A stretch of DNA of 64,000 nucleotides from an uncultured Bacteroidia bacterium (GTDB lineage: Bacteria; Bacteroidota; Bacteroidia; Bacteroidales; UBA932): assembly GCA_902762655.1 (NCBI GenBank), contig CACWOZ010000002.1:94743-158742 (forward strand), in the 5' to 3' direction. Below are positions 28,946 to 36,754 of the stretch, piece after piece. The translations under genes and the position numbers were made by a program. How positions within the stretch are numbered: position 1 is the first letter of the stretch; each line of letters begins with the position of its first letter. Below the pieces are notes generated by a model that was not told where the DNA came from, did not search any database, and saw only the letters and a program-made list of their open reading frames with translations.

Positions 28946-31900
28946 ATGAAGAAGATTTTCATTCTGCTGTGCGCCTTGGCAGCCTTGGCAGCAGCATCCT
29001 GCACCGAAAAGGAAGACTTCGCTCCCGCAGGTGAGAAAGTTACCCGCGAATTCACTACCGTACTCACCAAGACGACTCTTCATACCGACGGAGCTACCGT
29101 TTACTGGGAAGAAGGGGATGCAATCAGCATCTTTGATGGTGTCGGCAATAATCAGTTTGATATTCAGGGATATGACAACGGCAGCCCTTCAGCTTCCGCA
29201 ACTTTCAGCGGTACTGTAGATGCTGGTGCTACTTCTTTCTATGCTGTGTATCCTTATTACGCTGGCAATAGTCTTGTAGGTTCTACCCTTACTGCTTCAG
29301 TTCCTGCCGCGCAGACTCTCAAGACAGGTAGTTTTCAGTCTGGGGCTGCTGTGGCCGTGGCTTATACCACTGGCAATTCTCTTGCATTCCATCAGGCTAC
29401 GGCTATCCTCGGTATCACCCTTGCTGACTACATGGACAATGTGGAGAGCATCGAGTTCAAAGGAAACAAGGACGAAGTTGTCGCCGGCAATGTCGATGTA
29501 ACATTGAATTCTTCAGGTGACATCACTTCCGTATCTCCTTCCGGAACCGACAAGACGGTTACCCTTTCCGGTACATTTACTGCTGGTGAGACTTACTACC
29601 TTTCGTTCATTCCCCAGACCTTTAGTGACGGCTTGACAGTGACTGTTACTTACGGGGGCGGTCAGACAGCGGTCGCTACCAGCAATAAGAGCCTTGCTAC
29701 CGAGCCCGGAATGAGCTATCCTATCGCAGACTTCAGCAGGGTAGAACTGCCTGTTGTCTTGTTTGACAAAAAGAATTTCAACTACGATGAGGGAACGCCT
29801 CAGACGCTTCCTGCAACCTGCAAGAATGTTACATCACTCGTTATTGACGATATTCCTGACGGCTGGACAGTTGTTTGGAATTCGGATCATTTTGATGTAA
29901 CTCCTCCAACTCTGGCAGAGATTCAGGCTACTCCGCAGACAGTAGCACCTGCGGGTGTGGTAAAAGTCACCATTAGCAACGCCAAGTACAGTGGTAAGCT
30001 GGAAATCCCCGTGAGGTTGTATGGTATCAACAGTGTGGAAGAGTTTAATGCTTTCCGCACTGCTTATGGCCCCCTTAATGATGGCATTGGTATATTTGCC
30101 GAAGGGACCTCAGGTGCTGCCCGCAAGGCTGCCGCTTTGGATTACTTTGTCGATGACGAAATCACTTTCAATACCGACATCGCTCCTGCCTCGGTTACTA
30201 ATTATTATTTCCACAACATTGAGCATAACATCAATGGTAATAACAGGACTCTGACGATTACTGTTTCAGGCAGTGCCTGGCCTATAGGTTTCTGCCAGCA
30301 AACTTACGGAAACCCTGTTGTTCACGATTTGAATCTTGCTGGTACTATTACATGGACACACGATAATGGTAGTTATTCTAGCGGAAATGCTTTAGCGGGA
30401 GGTTTCGCTGCTCAAGTTGCAGGCGGAACCCTCACTTTTACGAATGTGAACAGTTCGGTTAATATTACCTGGACTTCTTCAACAGAGGCTACTCCTAAAT
30501 CAACAGGAAAACACGTGGTAGTTGGCGGTTTGGTTGCTTTCAGCAATGGAAAAACCATTACTTATAATGATTGCGAAGTATCTGGAATTATTTCCCAGAA
30601 CACTAGGGCTTTGGGACTCGGTGGTTTCTTAGGTTGGAGTGCGGGAGCCAATAAAGCGTATTTTAATCATTGTACTTTCAGCGGTAATCTTATTAATACA
30701 GTTACAAGTGCAGATAAGTCCGCATATACTGATAATACTAATCTTGATATGATTGGTGGCTTCGTAGGAGCAAGTGATGGGAATGCTTCTGCTTTGATAC
30801 AGGTAAAAGGTAGCACTATGTCAGGCAAAATTACCATTGCCGATGGCGCGAGGATGCTTGGCGGTTTTGTCGGAAAGGCATCATGCCCTGTAGTAATTGG
30901 TGATGATGATTTAGGGAATCATAGTTCATTTGCCGGTAAGATTGACTATACCGATAACGTTGGTGTCGTGTCTTCGCCTGCATATGGGTATGTCGGAGGT
31001 TTCATTGGCAACAAGACTGCTAATACCACTTCCATCACCAATTCTGTAAGCACTGCTGAAAGCGAAGTCAAAATCTCTGGTGGCGCCCCCTGTGTCGGAG
31101 GTTTTATAGGTAAGAATGATGCTGCTTTTACTAACTTTAGTGGCAATACGTTTGGAGGAGTAGTTACTTATGCTTCTACTGGAGCCGTAGTTTCGAACAC
31201 AATTGAGAGAGTCGGTGGATTTGTTGGTCATATGGGAGGAGGTGGCTCCACTTTCTCATCTTGTCATTCAAACGGCACTGTTACGATTACCAAAGGCGCT
31301 ATTAGCGTCGGTGGTTTCTGTGGAGTAGATGCTGCAAATGATACGTTCAGTTCTTGCGATTTTGGAGGCATGCTTGATTTTACCACTTATACAACACTTC
31401 CTTCAGATAGCGATAAGGCTAACAGGTGTGGCCGTATCGGAGGTTTTGTAGGTGAAATACAGACTAATACCGTAACATTTGACAATTGTAATGTCACGAC
31501 AGATGGAAAGGTGATCAGCAAGAAAGATGTTTCCAATAGCGGAGGTTTCCTTGGAAACGGTGGTGGAACTAACTCTGGTAATACGGCCAGAGGTACTGCT
31601 AATTTCTCCAATTGTAACTTCCACGGAACCATGTCCCATGATTGGGAGGATGCGGCATCCGGTGTCGGAGCACATCGTATGGGTGGCTTTGTCGGTGATG
31701 CTTCGAGAGTCGTTTCGCTTTCATCCTGTAGTAATGATGGATCTATAGTCCTTCACGACAGAGGTAAAGGGTGGACTGCTCTTGGCGGAATCCTTGGTCG
31801 GACGACAAATGCCGCATCTGGTCATACCATGAGTTTTACTTTAACAAGTTGCTCTTTCAGTGGCACAATGATGGTTTATGCGCCTACTGCTGCTAGAGCG

Positions 31901-32062
31901 ACTTCACTTTCGAATACAACGAACATATTCGGTACACTAATCGGAGCAAATGCTGCTACAACTGCAGGTGTTTTGACGATTGATGGTGCAAACTATACCT
32001 CAGGTAAAGGTGTCAATCATAACTATGGCACTACAAGTGTCACCTTTGCCGTCGAACCGTAA
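28946..32062 (+). CDS. Fimbrillin-family lipoprotein with RLYGIN module and long Gly/Ser-rich beta-helix region
   Basis: Lipobox AASC; TKTTLHTDGATVYWEEGDAISIFD; RLYGINS at 30014; many GGF(V/I/L)G repeats. Confidence 0.72.
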   Translation: MKKIFILLCALAALAAASCTEKEDFAPAGEKVTREFTTVLTKTTLHTDGATVYWEEGDAISIFDGVGNNQFDIQGYDNGSPSASATFSGTVDAGATSFYAVYPYYAGNSLVGSTLTASVPAAQTLKTGSFQSGAAVAVAYTTGNSLAFHQATAILGITLADYMDNVESIEFKGNKDEVVAGNVDVTLNSSGDITSVSPSGTDKTVTLSGTFTAGETYYLSFIPQTFSDGLTVTVTYGGGQTAVATSNKSLATEPGMSYPIADFSRVELPVVLFDKKNFNYDEGTPQTLPATCKNVTSLVIDDIPDGWTVVWNSDHFDVTPPTLAEIQATPQTVAPAGVVKVTISNAKYSGKLEIPVRLYGINSVEEFNAFRTAYGPLNDGIGIFAEGTSGAARKAAALDYFVDDEITFNTDIAPASVTNYYFHNIEHNINGNNRTLTITVSGSAWPIGFCQQTYGNPVVHDLNLAGTITWTHDNGSYSSGNALAGGFAAQVAGGTLTFTNVNSSVNITWTSSTEATPKSTGKHVVVGGLVAFSNGKTITYNDCEVSGIISQNTRALGLGGFLGWSAGANKAYFNHCTFSGNLINTVTSADKSAYTDNTNLDMIGGFVGASDGNASALIQVKGSTMSGKITIADGARMLGGFVGKASCPVVIGDDDLGNHSSFAGKIDYTDNVGVVSSPAYGYVGGFIGNKTANTTSITNSVSTAESEVKISGGAPCVGGFIGKNDAAFTNFSGNTFGGVVTYASTGAVVSNTIERVGGFVGHMGGGGSTFSSCHSNGTVTITKGAISVGGFCGVDAANDTFSSCDFGGMLDFTTYTTLPSDSDKANRCGRIGGFVGEIQTNTVTFDNCNVTTDGKVISKKDVSNSGGFLGNGGGTNSGNTARGTANFSNCNFHGTMSHDWEDAASGVGAHRMGGFVGDASRVVSLSSCSNDGSIVLHDRGKGWTALGGILGRTTNAASGHTMSFTLTSCSFSGTMMVYAPTAARATSLSNTTNIFGTLIGANAATTAGVLTIDGANYTSGKGVNHNYGTTSVTFAVEP

Positions 32063-32085
32063 CGTCAAAGTGCAAGTCTTTTTTC

Positions 32086-32118
32086 AGCAGTGCGGCCCTC
32101 GGGCCGCACTGCTTTTTT
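32086..32118 (+). terminator. Rho-independent terminator closing the second SusCD operon
   Basis: Perfect 13-bp inverted repeat agcagtgcggccc / gggccgcactgct followed by a T run. Confidence 0.88.
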
Positions 32119-32139
32119 ATTCTTTCCTCTCATCACCCC

Positions 32140-32772
32140 ATCCACAAAACCCGCCTTTCCCGTGTCTGCCCGGCCAATCTCCGCCTTCCATCCACCGAAC
32201 CGGCCCTTCCCGTGTCTGCTCGCTGAAATCCCGCCTTCCAGCTACCAAATATGCCCTACCCTTGTCTGCGCGGCGCATTTGAGAACGGTCTCCTTTTACC
32301 TGCTGGACCTTTCCCGGTCAAATGCCATTCCACCACTTTCTATTGCCCATTCCCCGGTCAAGGTCCTCCCCTCAAAATCAGACCTTTCCCATAGCTGTTG
32401 GTCCTTCCCGTGTCTGGCTGCCAGTTTTACGCCTTCCATCCACCAAACCGCCTCTTCCTGTGTTTGTCTGCCAGTTCTCCGCCCTCCCGGCACCGAACCA
32501 TCCATCCCTGTGTCTGCCCAACGCACCATTGATTATCAGCGACTTGCGCAAACTCGTCTGGTACATTCGCACCAGACGAGTTTGCGCAAATGCTTGATCC
32601 TCAATGCACCTCCTGATCAATCCCGCCCCCACTGTCCGGAATGACGAGTTCGTAAATATTCTCTCCCTTCGCAGCCACCAATCAGCCGCTCTCCGTGTCT
32701 GCCACGCCCTAAATCCCACTGCAGACACCGAACCGCCTCTTCCCGTGTCTTCCTGGCGAAATCCCCGGCCAA
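32140..32772. repeat. Degenerate 50-bp repeat array (about 8 copies in three runs; a ninth at 33584)
   Basis: Core cccgtgtctg or a variant starts at 32159, 32209, 32259, 32407, 32457, 32507, 32692, 32742, an exact 50-bp period within each run; consensus about atccaccRaaccgccYttcccgtgtctgc...aatcYccgccttcc. Confidence 0.85.
32544..32589. repeat. Perfect 19-bp inverted repeat with 8-nt spacer
   Basis: ttgcgcaaactcgtctggt (32544-32562) and accagacgagtttgcgcaa (32571-32589). Confidence 0.9.
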
Positions 32773-32776
32773 CCCT

Positions 32777-32873
32777 TCACTTTTTTTAAGTTTCCGTATA
32801 CGCAAACTTAAATAATCGTACTTTATGGCATGTTTGCGGGGGTAAATTTACGTTTGCTTTGCATATTATTGCA
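32777..32873 (+). repeat. 97-bp promoter-bearing block, copy 1 (upstream of ORF6N)
   Basis: 90 of 97 positions match 33638-33734 by hand alignment; contains a 28-bp palindrome (32785-32812) and -7 TACGTTTG (32849-32856). Confidence 0.88.
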
Positions 32874-32955
32874 TCCATAAACGCATATCCGCCGCTTCGC
32901 AGTGATTCATAGTACGGAAAAAATGGTGAAACGAAGGATTCAAATAAACTGTGTT

Positions 32956-33540
32956 ATGGAAAATAAGTTGATCCTTGTTCAAAACCTCATCTACGAGATT
33001 CGGGGTAGGAAAGTAATGCTGGACTCAGATTTGGCGAAGTTGTATCGAATAGAGACAAAAGCGCTAAAGCAAGCTGTCCGTAGAAATCTTGAAAGATTTC
33101 CGGATGATTTTATGTTCGAACTCACCTTAGAGGAGCATAAGGCATTGATAATCAATATGAGGTCACAATTTGTGACCACAAGTAACAACCCGAACACCCA
33201 TACAAGATATGCTCCTTTTGCTTTTACAGAACAGGGGGTCGCAATGCTTTCTTCGGTTCTGAAGAGTGATATTGCAATTCAAGTCAACATTGCCATTATG
33301 CGTGCATTCGTGCAAGTACGTGAACACTTGCTGACAACGACTTCTTTATCTGCTGAACTAAAAGAACTCCGAGCCAAAGTGGACTTGATCCAATGCCAGC
33401 AAGAGGAGGACCTTGGCGCACTCAATGACTTATCTGAGGAAGTCCGCAAAGATATAGACAATCTATATGTTGCAATCGGACAGTTGGCCGCCCGCCTCGA
33501 AGAAAAAAAGAACGAGCCACGGAAACGCATTGGCTATTGA
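32956..33540 (+). CDS. ORF6N domain DNA-binding protein (phage antirepressor-like)
   Basis: IYEIRGRKVMLDSDLAKLY, ETKALKQAVRRNLERFPDDFMFELT, PFAFTEQGVAMLSSVL, C-terminal RKRIGY; start moved to the ATG at 32956. Confidence 0.92.
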   Translation: MENKLILVQNLIYEIRGRKVMLDSDLAKLYRIETKALKQAVRRNLERFPDDFMFELTLEEHKALIINMRSQFVTTSNNPNTHTRYAPFAFTEQGVAMLSSVLKSDIAIQVNIAIMRAFVQVREHLLTTTSLSAELKELRAKVDLIQCQQEEDLGALNDLSEEVRKDIDNLYVAIGQLAARLEEKKNEPRKRIGY

Positions 33541-33637
33541 TTATGCGCTCAGAGGTAAATTGTGATAATGCCCCCATATCCCCATCCACCAAACCTACCC
33601 TTCCCGTGTCTGCGCAGCGAAATCTACGGTCAGCCTG

Positions 33638-33734
33638 TCACTTTTTTAAAGTTTCCGTATACGCAAACTTAAAAAATCGTACTTTATGGCATGTTTCCGT
33701 AGGTAAATATATGTTTGCTTTGCATATTATTGCA
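33638..33734 (+). repeat. 97-bp promoter-bearing block, copy 2 (upstream of rpn), preceded by one 50-bp repeat at 33584
   Basis: See copy 1; -7 element here is TATGTTTG at 33710-33717. Confidence 0.88.
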
Positions 33735-33754
33735 GTTCCAAATATTTATGACTT

Positions 33755-34598
33755 ATGGAACAGATTTTAAAGCACAGCAAGTACATCGATCCGATGATCG
33801 ACGTTGCATTCAAGCAAATCTTCGGCAAGGAGAAGAACAAGCGCCTCATCAAAGAACTTCTGGAGAATGTTTTCCATCAGGACATCACTGAACTTGAGTT
33901 CGTGAATGTTGAGCATCCCGGAGAATCCAAGGATGACCGCAAGGCGGTTTTCGACCTGCAGTGCAACTCCAGACGGAAACTGGGACTACGATTTCAAACC
34001 CGTATTCTTTCTCGGAATACTGAATTACAAACTTGCAGAACCATCCAAAGATAACGAGGAATATCTCCACAGTTACTCTATCCGCAATGACAAGGATGGG
34101 GCGCAATTGACAGACAGTCTGCAATTCGTTTTCCTGGAACTGGCCCGGTTCAACAAGCGGCTGAAGGATTGCAACAACTTTATAGACAAGTTCTTGTATT
34201 ATTTCAAGAATCTTCCTACTTTTGTTGTGAAACCAGATACGCAGCAGGATAGTTATTTCGAGGAACTGCTTGCTGCCGCAGAATACAGTAATATGACAAA
34301 AGCAGAACGGGAAGCCTACAACAGGCGTTTGAAAATACAACGCGACAACTACGCGGCGGATGAGTTCGCTCGCAAAAAAGCTTTAAAGGAAATCGCCGAA
34401 GGGCGTGAAAAAGGCTTGGCGGAGGGCCTTGCTAAAGGCATGGAACAAGGCATGGAACAGGGCATAGAACAAGGCATGGCGCTAGGCCGATCAGAGGCAA
34501 ATCGGGATAATGCGCGTAAAATGCTTTTGGAAGGCATTCCGACTGAAGTTATCGGGCGGGTGACAGGCCTGTCGGCAGAAGAAATAGACAGTCTGTAA
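33755..34598 (+). pseudogene. Rpn / PD-(D/E)XK nuclease family 2 gene, frameshifted and internally deleted
   Basis: N-part YIDPMIDVAFKQIFG...AVFDLQC (33755 frame) shifts near 33965 into TPDGNWDYDFKPVFFLGIL...FVFLEL...EQG repeats (33906 frame). The usual IVEMQ...RxLYY segment is absent. Confidence 0.85.
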
Positions 34599-34605
34599 TG
34601 AATTT

Positions 34606-34635
34606 AGGGGTGCGGCTTTTGCTGCACCTCTTTTT
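34606..34635 (+). terminator. Rho-independent terminator after the rpn remnant
   Basis: 11-bp stem aggggtgcggc / gctgcacctct (two GU pairs), tttt loop, T run. Confidence 0.7.
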
Positions 34636-34661
34636 CACTTGCGAAAGCGGAACAAAATTCT

Positions 34662-34687
34662 TAAATTTGAAAGTATTTATACTTTCA
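34662..34687 (+). promoter_or_regulatory. Promoter (-7 TAAATTTG) overlapped by perfect palindrome TGAAAGTAT-TT-ATACTTTCA
   Basis: 9-bp arms at 34668-34676 and 34679-34687, 3 nt before the GH3 ATG. Confidence 0.6.
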
Positions 34688-34690
34688 TTT

Positions 34691-36754
34691 ATGAAACGAT
34701 TCTCTACATTGTTCCTGGCCGTTGCCGCCCTGATGCTTCCGGTAAGTGCAATCGCCACCCAGATTACGCAGAAAGACAAGGACCGCGCCGCGAAACTCGT
34801 GTCGCAGATGACCCTGGACGAAAAAATCGGTCTGATTTCGGGAAAAACGGACGGCTTCCATACCTTTGCGGTTCCCCGTCTCGGAATTCCGTCAGTTCAG
34901 ATGGCGGACGGCCCTCAGGGGGTGCGCAACGTCGGCGGCAAGAATGTACAGAGCACCTTCTACCCTTGCGGAATCTCCGCCGCGGCAAGTTGGAACCGTG
35001 ATGCGGTCCGTGAAATGGGAGCAGGCATAGGTTGTGCTGCCAGGGCACACGGTGTGCAGATTATGCTAGGTCCAGGCGTGAATATCTATCGTTCAGCCCT
35101 TTGTGGACGCAATTTCGAGTATTACGGCGAAGACCCTTATCTCGCCTCGGAAACCGCCCTCAATTACATCGAAGGTATGCAGGAGCAGGGGGTGATGGCC
35201 ACCATAAAACATTTCGCGCTCAATCAGCAGGAGTATGACCGCCACGGCGTTAGTTCCAATGCGGATGAACGTACGATGAACGAAATATACTTTACCACTT
35301 TCCGCAAAGCCGTCGAGAGGGGGAATGTCGGTGCCGTGATGACCAGCTACAACCCGGTGAACGGAGTCCATGCAGCCGAGAATGACTGGCTTATAAACGA
35401 CAACCTCCGTGCCTGGGGTTTCGAGGGCATCGTGATGAGCGACTGGGTTTCAAATTACGACCCGATCAATTTCGCCACTGTGGGCGTGGATCTTGAGATG
35501 CCACGGGCCTATGTGGCAAAGGAAGAGATGCTTAAGTCGTTGATTGCCAATGGGGTAGTGCGTGAAGCGGATCTCGATGCCAAGTGCATCCATATTCTTC
35601 AGACTCTCTCCGCATTCGGTTTCCTGGACGGAAATCTCAACGCCGATCCTTCTGCTGAAGACAAGGCTCTGTCGCAGAAACGCGCGTACGAAATCGCACT
35701 CGAAGGACCGGTGCTTCTCAAGAATGAAGACGGAATACTTCCGCTCAAACCCGGAAGGAAGAATATCCTTGCGCTTATCGGCCCCAATGCCAATGAAATA
35801 GTTTGCGGAGGCGGCTCCGGCTGGGTTAACCCGGAAGACGGCAAAGGTGTTACCCTTTATGAAGGGCTGCGTTCACTGGGAAAGAACTGGAATGTAGTGT
35901 TGCTGGGAACCCCGGACCCCGAAATCCTTAAGAAAGCCTCCGCTGTCGTGGTTTCGGTAGGATTCAACCGCGATACCGAAAAGGAAGGTGCAGACCGCCG
36001 CTACGGCTTTAGGCACAGCTATCAGAACGAACTCATCAAAACCGTGGCTTCCTACAACAAGAACGTGGTAGTAGTCGCCAATTCCGGTGGTGAATTCGAC
36101 ATCGCTCCATGGGCTGATGATGTAAAGGCTATAATTCTTGACTGGTATCCGGGACAGGAAGGCGGAAATGCCATTGCGGCTATTCTCAGTGGAAAAGCTT
36201 CTCCTTCAGGCAGGTTACCATTCACTTTCTGGGGATCACTTGACAAGAACCCGGCCCAGAAGTGGTATGCGGCTATGCCTCTCCATCCGAATGCCGACCG
36301 CGACCGTTATCCAATAGCCGAATATGGCGAAGGTGTATTTCTCGGATATCGCGGAGTGGAACGTTTCAACGTCAGCCCTCTTTATGCCTTCGGTTATGGC
36401 CTGACTTACACCACTTTCGATTATTCCGACATCCAGGCCGTGCCTGCCGGTGACGGATACGATATCACATTCATAGTCACCAATACCGGCAAGGCGGATG
36501 CCAAGGAGGTCGCCCAGGTTTATGTGGCGCCGGAGAATCCTTCCATAATACGTCCGGCAAAAGAACTGAAGGGATACGACAAGAAGCTGATAGCGAAGGG
36601 TGCGGCGGCTGAGTATACTGTTCATCTTGGCCCCGATGCTTTCAGTTACTACGATGTGGACAGTCATTCCTGGAAGGTTGACAGAGGTGAATACAGAATA
36701 CTCGTCGGCGCTTCGGCCGATGACATACGTCTCGAAGTTAAAGTAAAAATATGA
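34691..36754 (+). CDS. GH3 beta-glucosidase-like glycosidase with fibronectin III C-terminus
   Basis: ADGPQGVR, GRNFEYYGEDP, IKHFALN, IVMSDW (nucleophile), YGEGVFLGYR, FGYGLTYTTF; start set at MKRFSTLF. Confidence 0.95.
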   Translation: MKRFSTLFLAVAALMLPVSAIATQITQKDKDRAAKLVSQMTLDEKIGLISGKTDGFHTFAVPRLGIPSVQMADGPQGVRNVGGKNVQSTFYPCGISAAASWNRDAVREMGAGIGCAARAHGVQIMLGPGVNIYRSALCGRNFEYYGEDPYLASETALNYIEGMQEQGVMATIKHFALNQQEYDRHGVSSNADERTMNEIYFTTFRKAVERGNVGAVMTSYNPVNGVHAAENDWLINDNLRAWGFEGIVMSDWVSNYDPINFATVGVDLEMPRAYVAKEEMLKSLIANGVVREADLDAKCIHILQTLSAFGFLDGNLNADPSAEDKALSQKRAYEIALEGPVLLKNEDGILPLKPGRKNILALIGPNANEIVCGGGSGWVNPEDGKGVTLYEGLRSLGKNWNVVLLGTPDPEILKKASAVVVSVGFNRDTEKEGADRRYGFRHSYQNELIKTVASYNKNVVVVANSGGEFDIAPWADDVKAIILDWYPGQEGGNAIAAILSGKASPSGRLPFTFWGSLDKNPAQKWYAAMPLHPNADRDRYPIAEYGEGVFLGYRGVERFNVSPLYAFGYGLTYTTFDYSDIQAVPAGDGYDITFIVTNTGKADAKEVAQVYVAPENPSIIRPAKELKGYDKKLIAKGAAAEYTVHLGPDAFSYYDVDSHSWKVDRGEYRILVGASADDIRLEVKVKI

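Noticed and set aside
32140-32772. CRISPR array interpretation of the 50-bp repeats
   Set aside because: Repeats are degenerate, the intervening parts resemble each other rather than being unique spacers, and no cas gene is present.
32090-32805. ORFs 32090..32644 (+), 32296..32529, 32322..32597, 32378..32728 and 32604..32805
   Set aside because: They cross a terminator and a 50-bp non-triplet repeat, give low-complexity Pro/Ser/Arg products, and have no motifs.
32902-32955. Upstream starts in the ORF track for ORF6N (also GH3 34598, MBL 40471, rpsA 52484, GH73 55167, transposase 62470)
   Set aside because: Extensions run through promoters, terminators or upstream genes; downstream ATGs give proper signal peptides or family N-termini.
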